Assembly (NCBI GenBank): GCA_016182875.1
Contig: JACPFQ010000004.1
Location: forward strand, 259,515 to 323,514
DNA: 64,000 bases
Direction of reading: 5' to 3'
Source of the DNA: Candidatus Doudnabacteria bacterium
GTDB lineage: Bacteria; Patescibacteriota; Doudnabacteria; UBA920; O2-02-FULL-48-8
A program made the position numbers and the translations under genes. Below, piece by piece: positions 1-8,224 of this stretch (position 1 is its first letter; the number at the start of each line of letters is the position of its first letter). Below the pieces are notes generated by a model. That model was not told the origin of the DNA, made no database searches, and saw only the letters and a list, made by a program, of their open reading frames with translations.

Positions 1-1323
1 ATTAGTCCGCCTTTCAGCACTTTCAATAAATTTTTCAGGGATGACCGTCTTAAGCAATTCCTGCGTTTGGCTTTCAGGCAAATGGACCGTAGTCTCGGTT
101 TGCTGAGCTTGTCGGCGGACTAAATGCGCTTCTAAATCTTGAGTATCAAATATGGGGTCAGGCTTTAAGTTCGGCTGAGTCTCTTGAGCGTCATCAACGG
201 GTTTAAGCTCAACTTTAAATGTTGTCAGATAGGGACTCGTTTCTTGGTCGGCTCGGTGAACTGACTGCATGACCCGAATTGCCTGCCCGCTTTCTACCGG
301 CTCGGTTTTTGGGGTCTCGTCTACTGCGGCGTGAGGTTGTTCTGGCTCAGTTCGAGCTTGCTTAGTTGCTTCAGTGGGCGGTTCGGAAAAATGTTTTTCT
401 GCGCCCAAGGTCATAACCGAGACAGGCTCGGATTTCGCCATATCGGTTAAAGGCCGTGTGACCTGGTGCTGTTGCACTTTTGATTCGGTACGTATAGTTC
501 CCTGCGGCTGAGTAGCCAGGGTCTCTGTAAAATTTAAAACCATGGGTTCAGGCCTGTCGATTTCGATTACCGCGCTTTTTTCCACCACTTGCGGAATTTT
601 GTTTATTTCCTCGTCTACGAAAGGAAGTTCTGTATTGATTTGTTGCCCCTGACTGCTGGTTTTTTCACCTAACCAAGTGTCGTCGTCCATATCGTCGACA
701 GCCAACATCTCAACTTCTTGACTTACTTCTGCTTGAATGGCCTCCGTTAAGTTGAGTGTTATTGGCTGGGGTTCGGTTACGGTAACAGCCGGAATCAAGC
801 GGGATTGCTGAATTTTGCTATCAGTTTCTTCTTCCATGGAAATATCATCGTCCATATCATCGACCGGAGCAGGCTCAGTTTCTTCTATCCTGACGAAAGA
901 TTCATTTAGAATATTGTCGCCCTCCAAGTAATAGACAGTGAAGAATTCTTTGCCGAAAAGCGTTCCTTCCTGTATGGCATAGTTTCTTGTTTTTAGCTCT
1001 GCCAAAAGCCGATCATGTTCAGCCAAAGCCTCTTGATCGGTGCTATTTTTGATTGCTTCGGTTATCGAACGTTCTGTGTTGTTGGAATCAACAACGACCC
1101 AACCCCTTTCGGCATCCAGCCGATATTGGTTAAGGTCCCTGATTTCTTCCCTGGCATAGCCCTGGGCTTCTATAGTCGCCGCCAGCTGCTCCGCCACTGG
1201 TCTTCCGGAAACTGACGCCTGAATATTTATTTCGGCAGAAGCAGAGATTTCAACATGACTCTCCTGGGCCTCGAAGTCGTCGTCCTCAAATGTTTCTATA
1301 TTTATATCTGTTTCATCGTCCAT
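1..1323 (-). CDS. Acidic, low-complexity hypothetical protein, truncated by the window start
   Basis: ATG at 1323 (MDDETDINIETFEDDDFEAQ...). The frame was open at the positions spot-checked near both ends. E/D/T/V/P-rich. Lies directly downstream of the cobalamin riboswitch. Confidence 0.75.
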   Translation of the reverse strand, partial: MDDETDINIETFEDDDFEAQESHVEISASAEINIQASVSGRPVAEQLAATIEAQGYAREEIRDLNQYRLDAERGWVVVDSNNTERSITEAIKNSTDQEALAEHDRLLAELKTRNYAIQEGTLFGKEFFTVYYLEGDNILNESFVRIEETEPAPVDDMDDDISMEEETDSKIQQSRLIPAVTVTEPQPITLNLTEAIQAEVSQEVEMLAVDDMDDDTWLGEKTSSQGQQINTELPFVDEEINKIPQVVEKSAVIEIDRPEPMVLNFTETLATQPQGTIRTESKVQQHQVTRPLTDMAKSEPVSVMTLGAEKHFSEPPTEATKQARTEPEQPHAAVDETPKTEPVESGQAIRVMQSVHRADQETSPYLTTFKVELKPVDDAQETQPNLKPDPIFDTQDLEAHLVRRQAQQTETTVHLPESQTQELLKTVIPEKFIESAERRTN

Positions 1324-1330
1324 AAAAATG

Positions 1331-1354
1331 AAAAAATCACCTCTCTCAAGGTGA
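1331..1354 (-). terminator. Intrinsic terminator / attenuator of the riboswitch expression platform
   Basis: Minus strand TCACC-TTGAGAGA-GGTGA followed by a T-run. An alternative pairing CTCTCCCGAG/CTTGAGAGAG could act as an antiterminator. Confidence 0.55.
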
Positions 1355-1379
1355 AATGTAAGTTTCCTGCTCGGGAGAG

Positions 1380-1507
1380 AATGGTTACTTGGCAATCTGA
1401 CTTTGACAGTTGCGGCACAGTGCCGGAATTTCACCGGACTTCCCCTACGACGTCCCGCCTGCGGCGGGAGTCGGAGTCCCGACCTTGCGTCGGGACAAAT
1501 AACCGTT
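1380..1507 (-). ncRNA. Cobalamin (B12) riboswitch
   Basis: Minus strand reads GGGAAGTCCGGTGAAATTCCGGCACTGTGCCGCAACTGT...AAGTCAGATTGCC (B12-box elements). P1 is AACGGTTATTTG/CAAGTAACCATT. Confidence 0.88.
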
Positions 1508-1534
1508 ATTCTTTTGTTAACTTTTGCTGAAACG

Positions 1535-1563
1535 ATTCTAGCGCCGGCAAAAAATCTTGTCAA
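1535..1563 (-). promoter_or_regulatory. Sigma70 promoter for the riboswitch leader
   Basis: TTGACA-17 nt-TAGAAT on the minus strand. Confidence 0.7.
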
Positions 1564-1705
1564 CCAGGTACTAGAAATTTGACTTAATCTTTCGGCCATT
1601 TGAGCAATTTCTTAGGACTGGCCGAAAGATTACAGCGCGATATGTTTTTGATTGAGGACTCTTATCTGAAAAACATAATCGCGGGTCAAAATTTCAGTAC
1701 CTGGT
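1563..1705. repeat. MITE-like structured element, copy 1 (copy 2 at 30138-30281)
   Basis: Terminal inverted repeats ACCAGGTACTAGAAATTTGAC...GTCAAAATTTCAGTACCTGGT enclose two internal hairpins. Confidence 0.85.
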
Positions 1706-1709
1706 CAAA

Positions 1710-2888
1710 CTAAGCGCCGGGCGGCTGCATCATATCCCAGACGTACTTGGCGGCGTTTACGGTTTCTCCGTACAGGGGATTGTAGTGCAGATTTATAAAT
1801 GGGGCGCCATTGCATTCTATAATGCCCGCTTTTTGAATTTTCCATGATTTGGTGATGTCTGAGAGCATGAAATCGAATCCGAGAATCGGATCGCCCACGG
1901 CTTTTGCTGCATCAAGAATCATTTGTTTTGTTTCCGGATGGGTGTCTGGCGTGCAGTCATAGCTCGTTCCGCCGTATGCCACGCCAATTTTTTCGGAAAG
2001 CGTGACGGTTTGGTTTCGGGCTAAAACGGAATTGAGATTGTAGCCCTGCCTCACTAAATAATTCGCAGTTGCTGGATTAACTTTTATGGGCTGCATGCCC
2101 AAGGCAAGATTCGCATTATGTTTTTCTATCAATTGCGCGATAGTCCTTTTGCCGTCGCCCGTAACCTTTGGCGAGGAGCCGCCCAAAATTCCCACCAGCT
2201 GTTTGTTGATAACAGTCCCGCGAAAGACGTCTCCAAATAACTGCTCTTCAACCATGACCCAGAGGCAGAGTTTTTTGGCGATTTTGAAAGCCTCGGCAAA
2301 CTGCGCGTCATTGTAGATGAAAGTCGAAGTATGCCGGCCGCGCGAGCCCTTCCTGGGCTTGACCACGACGGGCTTGAGTAGGGTTTGAAAATACTCAGAG
2401 GCTTCCCGAAAATTTCTAAAGGACTTGCCATTTGCTACCGGAAGTCCTATAACAGCGAGCTTTTGTTTAAGAATCGATTTGTCGTCTATCCAATCAAGCA
2501 CAGCTTCATCAATCGATTCGGGCCTGGGAAGCCCGAAGAAAATTTTTTTCTTTCCCGCGATTTGAGCTTGGTATAAATCTATGGAAAGGTTGAACGGCTT
2601 GATTTCGCAAACCTCAATCCCGCGCCTTTGCGCTTCCTCGAGCAGGACCTTGGCCCGTTTATACGGAATTTTTTCTATGTTGGAATTGAAGCGAACCAGT
2701 CCCAACAGCCGCAAGCCGTAAAAAGTTGTCCACGCCAAAAGTTCGGCCAAATTGTTGATAACCTTTCTTCCGAACCAGCCGAAAAAAAGCTTTTGCCGCA
2801 GAGGGGAGAACGCTATGTCCATGGAGCCATAGAACCAGATGGAGGCGTGGTTTACCGGATTTTCGCCGCAATAGAGGCATTTAGCCAT
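1710..2888 (-). CDS. ATP-grasp ligase, cyanophycin synthetase / glutathione synthase GshAB-like
   Basis: Motifs PVVVKP..GSRG, VEEQL.G, VTGDGKRTI, GFDF, IIECN.AP. Confidence 0.8.
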   Translation of the reverse strand: MAKCLYCGENPVNHASIWFYGSMDIAFSPLRQKLFFGWFGRKVINNLAELLAWTTFYGLRLLGLVRFNSNIEKIPYKRAKVLLEEAQRRGIEVCEIKPFNLSIDLYQAQIAGKKKIFFGLPRPESIDEAVLDWIDDKSILKQKLAVIGLPVANGKSFRNFREASEYFQTLLKPVVVKPRKGSRGRHTSTFIYNDAQFAEAFKIAKKLCLWVMVEEQLFGDVFRGTVINKQLVGILGGSSPKVTGDGKRTIAQLIEKHNANLALGMQPIKVNPATANYLVRQGYNLNSVLARNQTVTLSEKIGVAYGGTSYDCTPDTHPETKQMILDAAKAVGDPILGFDFMLSDITKSWKIQKAGIIECNGAPFINLHYNPLYGETVNAAKYVWDMMQPPGA

Positions 2889-2956
2889 GAATTTCTAATT
2901 ATTCTAATTTCTAATTGACCTAAATAATGTCTAAACCCCAAGCACGAATTTCTAAA

Positions 2957-3340
2957 TTATTTAACCTTTTTGTAAATAGCATTTTTGTAAATAGCATTAA
3001 AGATCAGGTTTAATTCTTTGGCTTCAGTCCAGAGTTTATCAGCCCTTTCTGCCATTTCAGGAACCGCGACCTTGATCATCCGCAGGAAATGCTTGCATTC
3101 TCGGGACTCTTTCTTGCAAATGCCGATTTTGTGCTTAAAGTCTGCTTTGCTTTCAGCATCATCAGCTTCGCAGTAATTAGCTCCGGTTGCGGTACCGCAT
3201 CTAACTAGCTGGTTTATTAAGGGCCTGGTTATATCATTCTTAGCCATTGCGCTGCAAAAGCGTATGACTTCTTCCCCGAACTTTGCAGTTCTTTCTTCAA
3301 GGTCATACTTTCGGCTATTAGGATTTTCGTTATTAGTCAT
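2957..3340 (-). CDS. Four-helix-bundle protein (23S rRNA IVS protein family)
   Basis: DLEERT..F...QLVRCGT..GANYCEADDAESKADFKHKIGIC.KE..E family signature. Confidence 0.9.
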   Translation of the reverse strand: MTNNENPNSRKYDLEERTAKFGEEVIRFCSAMAKNDITRPLINQLVRCGTATGANYCEADDAESKADFKHKIGICKKESRECKHFLRMIKVAVPEMAERADKLWTEAKELNLIFNAIYKNAIYKKVK

Positions 3341-3571
3341 TGTTTAGAAATTAGGTTAATTAGGTCAATTAGGTTAATTTTAAAGCCCCTGCCAATTAGC
3401 AGAGGCTCGTTTTTAGTGTCCCATCATAATCTGCTAGCTAGATTAATGATTAACTAAATTATAGGAAGCGAAAACCCATCAGTCAAACCCCCTTGCCCGC
3501 AAGGCAAGCTTCGGGTATAATTGCGGGATGTAGGGCGGCCTTTTACCGGGCCATTTTGAGGAGGAGCAAGC

Positions 3572-3877
3572 ATGTCAATGAAGATTACCGACGCCCACAA
3601 TCACGTGGGTCAGCAAGTCACGGTACTCGGTGCCATCGCGGCACCCCCCAGGCCGACGAGTCCGGAGGTTCAGGAAGCTTTGGTAAGCATGAGGGACCGC
3701 ACTGGGATCATCCGAGTCGTCGCATCGAGGAAGCGCCTGGGAGATGTGGGATTCGCCGGCCTCACGAGCCTCAGGCAGGGTACGCCGCTCGTCGTCATCG
3801 GTTCGCTGAGCTTGGACGCTGAGGGGTACTACGCGCTCCAAGCGGACCGGTTCCAGGTCACCGGACCGGGCAACTGA
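3572..3877 (+). CDS. Stand-alone OB-fold protein resembling the Asn/Asp-tRNA synthetase anticodon-binding domain
   Basis: HVGQQVTVLG...MRDRTGIIRVV...L..GTPLVVIG pattern. GAGGAGG RBS and an upstream TTGCCC..TATAAT promoter. GC-rich. Confidence 0.6.
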   Translation: MSMKITDAHNHVGQQVTVLGAIAAPPRPTSPEVQEALVSMRDRTGIIRVVASRKRLGDVGFAGLTSLRQGTPLVVIGSLSLDAEGYYALQADRFQVTGPGN

Positions 3878-4058
3878 TCGAAATTTCCGGTCGATTCAAA
3901 GCCGCGAGCGCGGCGACTCTGCAAGTTCCGGCGGGACCGCCTGTGGGTCCCGCTTCTTTTTTTTGCACATGTTGACAGAGGGAACTCTTATTCCCTGCTA
4001 TGTTGATAAGTTTTTCTATATTTAGTAAAAGTTCTCGAAATTTAGTAAAAACGCCTCT

Positions 4059-4114
4059 TTGACAGGTATCTACATATGGGGCTATAGTGCTTATGTTAAT
4101 ACTAGATATTGTGT
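4059..4114 (+). promoter_or_regulatory. Promoter with tandem NrdR boxes
   Basis: TTGACA (4059) and TATAGT (4083). NrdR-box matches TATCTACATATGGGGC (4067-4082) and ATACTAGATATTGTGT (4099-4114), 32 bp apart, upstream of nrdR-nrdJ. Confidence 0.8.
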
Positions 4115-4231
4115 TTGAAGCCCAAAATAGGCTACCCTTCGACACAAAATCACAACTGGCTCATTCTGCAAACTAAATCGAGAGGCCCAAAGATGTCGGA
4201 ATCACGCCTATTTTTTATGTGCTAAAAAAGC

Positions 4232-4675
4232 ATGAAATGCCCTAATTGTGCCCATGACGACAGCAAGGTTTTGGACTCGCGTCCGATTAATGACGGGCTG
4301 GCCATAAGAAGAAGGCGCGAGTGTATTAAATGCGCCTTTCGGTTTTCGACCCATGAGGAAATGGAAATTCTGGATTTAACGGTAGTCAAGCGCGACGGGC
4401 GCAAGGAGCCTTACATGCGGGAAAAGATTGAGTCCGGCATCAGGAAAGCTTTCGAAAAAAGGCCGCTTAACCGCGACGACTTCCACGCCTTAATGTCGGC
4501 GATTGAGCAAGACATTCAAAAATTGGGCCGAGACGAGATTAGTTCCCGCGAAATCGGAAGCATTGTCATGCGGCGCATCAAATCCCGCGACCAGGTTGCT
4601 TACATCAGGTTTGCCTCGGTTTATCGCCAGTTCGCCGATGTGGACGAGTTTGTGAGAGAAGCAAAAAAGTTATAA
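4232..4675 (+). CDS. nrdR: Transcriptional repressor NrdR
   Basis: MKCP.C...DSKVLDSR...IRRRREC..C..RFST zinc ribbon, ATP cone, AYIRFASVY. Confidence 0.98.
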   Translation: MKCPNCAHDDSKVLDSRPINDGLAIRRRRECIKCAFRFSTHEEMEILDLTVVKRDGRKEPYMREKIESGIRKAFEKRPLNRDDFHALMSAIEQDIQKLGRDEISSREIGSIVMRRIKSRDQVAYIRFASVYRQFADVDEFVREAKKL

Positions 4676-4757
4676 TAATTCGAAACTACGAACCGGGATC
4701 CGAATAATACGAACCCGTTCGTAGATTCGCATAAACGTTCGTAATTTCGCATTATAT
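4676..4757. repeat. ACGAA/TTCGT palindromic element, copy 1 (copy 2 at 21077-21158)
   Basis: Imperfect ~80-nt hairpin directly after the stop codon, closely similar to the element after groES. Confidence 0.8.
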
Positions 4758-4787
4758 TTAAAAAAAGAATTAACTAAAGAAACCAAT

Positions 4788-7391
4788 ATGCAGTACTACG
4801 AAGTCATCCAAAAGCATCAGTTATTAACCGCGGAAGAAGAACAACGGGTCAACGACAGCTTTTCCCAGAATGCGCTTAAGATGATGAAGAAGCGGTACCT
4901 GCTCCGCGACGAGAAGGGCACGATTTTGGAAGATCCCGCGCAAATGCTGCATCGCATCGCGCATTCTTTGGCTGACGTCGAGCGGCAGTACGGCAAAAAC
5001 CAGTTTGAAATCGAGCAAATCGAACGCGACTTTTTCTATATTATCGCCAACAAGGAATTTACCCCAGCCGGCCGGACCATCACCAACGCCGGCGCTCCTT
5101 CGGCTGTGGTTGCCAACTGCATCGTGCTACCCATCAAAGATTCGATGGAAAGCATTTTCCAAACCCTCAAGGACGCCGCCCAGCTGCAGAAAGCCGGCTC
5201 AGGCCTTGGCTTTTCGTTTACCCATCTCCGCCCCGCAGGCTCAATCGTCAAAAAATCCCAAGGCATGGCTTCTGGCCCGGTTTCATTTCTGCAGGTTTAC
5301 AATCAGGCGTTCGGAGTGATTAAACAGCAGGGCCGGCATGGGGCCAACATGGCCATTCTCCGGGTGGATCATCCTGATATTTTGGACTTCATTCACAGCA
5401 AGAAAATCGAAGGCCACATCCGCAACTTCAACATTTCAGTAGGGATTACCGATGAATTTATGGAGGCGGTAATCAATAAACCCAACGAGCCCTGGGTCTG
5501 CAAATTTGACGGAGAACCCATGAAGCCGCGCCGGATTGAGCGGGATGAGCATGGCTTAATCAAGAAAATCGAAGAGCTCGACATTTCCGCCGTCCAGTTG
5601 ATGGATGAGATTGTGTATGGCGCCTGGCGGAACGGCGAGCCGGGCGTGGTCTTCCTCGATGTCGTCAACAAAACCAATGTCTTGCCGGAGCTGGGCGAAA
5701 TTGACGCCTGCAACCCCTGCGGCGAGCAGTTCCTGCATCATTATGATGTTTGCAACTTAGGCTCCATTAATTTGGCCGTCTTGGTCAAAAACGGCCAGGT
5801 CGACTTTGAGCGGCTGCGGTTTGTGACCCGGACCGCGACCAGGTTTTTGGACAATGTCGTGGATGTTTCCAACTTCCCGGTCAAAAGCGTGGATGAGATG
5901 GCCAAAAATTCCAGGCGAATCGGCTTGGGCGTCATGGGCTTTGCCGACATGCTTTATCAACTGCGCGTGCGCTACGATTCGGCCGAAGGATACAAGGCGG
6001 CGGAAGACGTCATGCGCTGCATTCAGGAAGAGGCGCACCGGACTTCACAGGCCTTGGCCGAAGAAAAAGGCGTGTTCCCGCTTTACAATCTTTCAATCTA
6101 CAAAAAACTGGGCATTCCCATGCGCAACACAATGTTGACGACAGTAGCACCCACCGGCTCGATTTCCATGTTCTTCGACACTTCCTCCGGATGCGAGCCC
6201 AACTTCGCTTTGGCCTACACTAAGCAGGACAAAGACCGCATGCAGTATCTCTATGTCAACCAATATTTGGAAAAGGAACTCAAGGAGCGAGGCTTGTACA
6301 CTAAGGAGTTGATGGACCAAATAATTCATGAAGGCTCGCTTGCCAATATTGAGCTTCCGGAGGATCTCAAAGAGACTTTCCGCGTCTCCATGGACATTTC
6401 CGCCGAGTCTCACATCCGGGTCCAGGCGGCATTCCAGAAATGGGTGGACAATTCCATTTCCAAGACGATTAATTTTCCTTACAGCGCCACGGAAACAGAT
6501 GTCCGCCAAGGCTACATTCTAGCCTGGCAGCTTGGGTGCAAAGGTTGCACGGTTTACCGCGACGGCTCCAGAGAATTGCAGGTTTTGAATATCAACAAAA
6601 ATTTGACTGCGGACGGCAAAACCAAAATCGCAGAGAGTGCCTCCCGACGCGACTTTCAGTCGGTCGGGACCCCGACTTCCGAAGGAACGTCGGGGCAAAC
6701 TGTTCCCCAGCCAAATCCAAATCCAACCCCTATGCCCCAGCCCCAACCCCAACCCATGCCGCCGCCGGCAACTCCCAAGATGTCTGCCTCGCCGGCAGGC
6801 GGGACAATCTCGCCGCGCAAGCGGCCGGATGTCATGCACGGCGCCACGTATAAAGTCTCCACCGCCTATGGCAATCTCTATGTCACAGTCAACGAAGACG
6901 AGTTTGGCCCGTTTGAAGTGTTTTCCCAGCTCGGCAAGGCCGGCGGATTTTTCGGGGCCCAAACCGAAGCGCTATGCCGGCTGATTTCCCTAAGCCTGCG
7001 AAGCGGCATTTCGATTCAGGAAGTCGTAGACCAGCTGAAAGGGATTAGAGGGCCGGATCCCGTTTTCCATAACGGCGAGCGGATTCTTTCTTTGCCGGAC
7101 GCCATTGCCTCGGTGCTGGAAGGCCACACTAAGCGAGGCCAGCAGGAGCTGACGTTCGAACTGCCTAAAGCGGCGCCAAAAGTTGAACAGAAAGCAGAGC
7201 AGGAACTGGTTTACGAAACCGTCACGAAAGAAGTGCAACCCAGCGGTATCCTTGGAACAACAGTAGTCACGCAAAAATTTTCCATCGCTAACTTAGGCCA
7301 CGCGCCAGCTTGTCCTGATTGTTCCAACATGCTGGTCATGAAAGAAGGTTGCATGTCCTGCGAAGCGTGCGGGTTTTCGAAATGTGGTTAG
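4788..7391 (+). CDS. nrdJ: Adenosylcobalamin-dependent ribonucleotide reductase (class II) with Pro-rich linker, TSCPD-like domain and Zn ribbon
   Basis: ANC, NPCGEQ, CNLGSINL, APTGSIS, KGCTVYRDGSR. C-terminal LISLSLRSG...QLKGI...SLPDAIA and CPDC...C..CG.SKC. Confidence 0.95.
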   Translation: MQYYEVIQKHQLLTAEEEQRVNDSFSQNALKMMKKRYLLRDEKGTILEDPAQMLHRIAHSLADVERQYGKNQFEIEQIERDFFYIIANKEFTPAGRTITNAGAPSAVVANCIVLPIKDSMESIFQTLKDAAQLQKAGSGLGFSFTHLRPAGSIVKKSQGMASGPVSFLQVYNQAFGVIKQQGRHGANMAILRVDHPDILDFIHSKKIEGHIRNFNISVGITDEFMEAVINKPNEPWVCKFDGEPMKPRRIERDEHGLIKKIEELDISAVQLMDEIVYGAWRNGEPGVVFLDVVNKTNVLPELGEIDACNPCGEQFLHHYDVCNLGSINLAVLVKNGQVDFERLRFVTRTATRFLDNVVDVSNFPVKSVDEMAKNSRRIGLGVMGFADMLYQLRVRYDSAEGYKAAEDVMRCIQEEAHRTSQALAEEKGVFPLYNLSIYKKLGIPMRNTMLTTVAPTGSISMFFDTSSGCEPNFALAYTKQDKDRMQYLYVNQYLEKELKERGLYTKELMDQIIHEGSLANIELPEDLKETFRVSMDISAESHIRVQAAFQKWVDNSISKTINFPYSATETDVRQGYILAWQLGCKGCTVYRDGSRELQVLNINKNLTADGKTKIAESASRRDFQSVGTPTSEGTSGQTVPQPNPNPTPMPQPQPQPMPPPATPKMSASPAGGTISPRKRPDVMHGATYKVSTAYGNLYVTVNEDEFGPFEVFSQLGKAGGFFGAQTEALCRLISLSLRSGISIQEVVDQLKGIRGPDPVFHNGERILSLPDAIASVLEGHTKRGQQELTFELPKAAPKVEQKAEQELVYETVTKEVQPSGILGTTVVTQKFSIANLGHAPACPDCSNMLVMKEGCMSCEACGFSKCG

Positions 7392-7533
7392 ACGCTCGGC
7401 ACCGATTGCAAAACTACCGGCCGTAAAATTCTGCTGAATTTTCGGCCTACGTGCTCGGGCCGTCGCCCTGCGCAAGTTAGTTTTGCAACAGTGCCTCGCA
7501 TCCACATTTCGAAATTGGAATAAAAAATAATGG

Positions 7534-7560
7534 AAGGCGGTGGAGTATCCGCCGCCTTTT
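7534..7560 (+). terminator. Intrinsic terminator after nrdJ
   Basis: AAGGCGGTGG-AGTA-TCCGCCGCCTTTT hairpin with T-run. Confidence 0.6.
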
Positions 7561-7596
7561 AAAAAATGTTAAGCACGGATATAGCATAAATATAGC

Positions 7597-8124
7597 ATGC
7601 AAAAGGGTCTGGTAATCATTTATATAGGCAACGGCAAAGGCAAGACCTCAGCCGCCGCTGGCTTGGCGATTCGGGCGGCGGGAACCGGCATGAAAGTTTT
7701 GTACGCGCAATTTGTGAAGGGCGATTGGCCGAGCGGCGAGCGGAAAATTTTGGAGACCTTGCCCAATGTGACGGTTAAGCTCATGGGCCGGGGATTCGTG
7801 GGCATTTTGGGCGACCGCAAGCCTATTGAGGAACATATCCGTGCCGCAAAGCTTGGACTGAAGCTTGTGTTGAAGGCTTTGAAAAGCAAAAAATATGATC
7901 TGGTCATCGCCGACGAGGCGATTTCCGCGATTGAGTCCAAGCTTTTGACAGTAGAAGATGTTTACAAATTAATTAAACAAAAGCCGCAGAACGTCCATTT
8001 ATGCCTCACCGGCCACAAGCGAATCAAAAAATTGATAGATGCGGCGGATCTGGTGACGGAAATGAAAATGATCAAGCATCCCTATTATCTGGGCATTCTT
8101 GCGCAGAGAGGGATTGATTATTAA
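7597..8124 (+). CDS. btuR: Cob(I)alamin adenosyltransferase (CobA/CobO/BtuR)
   Basis: GNGKGKTSAA.G, QFVKG, YDLVIADE, LTG, ADLVTEM...KHPY..G..AQRGIDY. Confidence 0.95.
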   Translation: MQKGLVIIYIGNGKGKTSAAAGLAIRAAGTGMKVLYAQFVKGDWPSGERKILETLPNVTVKLMGRGFVGILGDRKPIEEHIRAAKLGLKLVLKALKSKKYDLVIADEAISAIESKLLTVEDVYKLIKQKPQNVHLCLTGHKRIKKLIDAADLVTEMKMIKHPYYLGILAQRGIDY

Positions 8125-8224
8125 TTTTTCCAAAGGGCACCTTTGCCCATCGTGAAAACCAATCAGGCAAAGGTGCCCTTTGCTCGGTCGACGAGGCAAT
8201 CTAATTATACTAAGAATTATTTCT

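Noticed and set aside
1540-1554. AGCGCCGGCAAAAA shared between this promoter spacer and the array promoter (23351-23364)
   Set aside because: There are only two occurrences, in opposite orientation relative to their promoters, so it cannot be distinguished from chance without a genome-wide scan.
2957-3340. Avd of a diversity-generating retroelement
   Set aside because: No reverse transcriptase or TR/VR pair with adenine-specific mismatches was seen in the window.
4824-7505. Numerous alternative-frame and antisense ORFs in the ORF track, here and within groEL, the surface proteins and the pil genes
   Set aside because: They are shadow ORFs overlapping well-supported genes and have no recognisable motifs.
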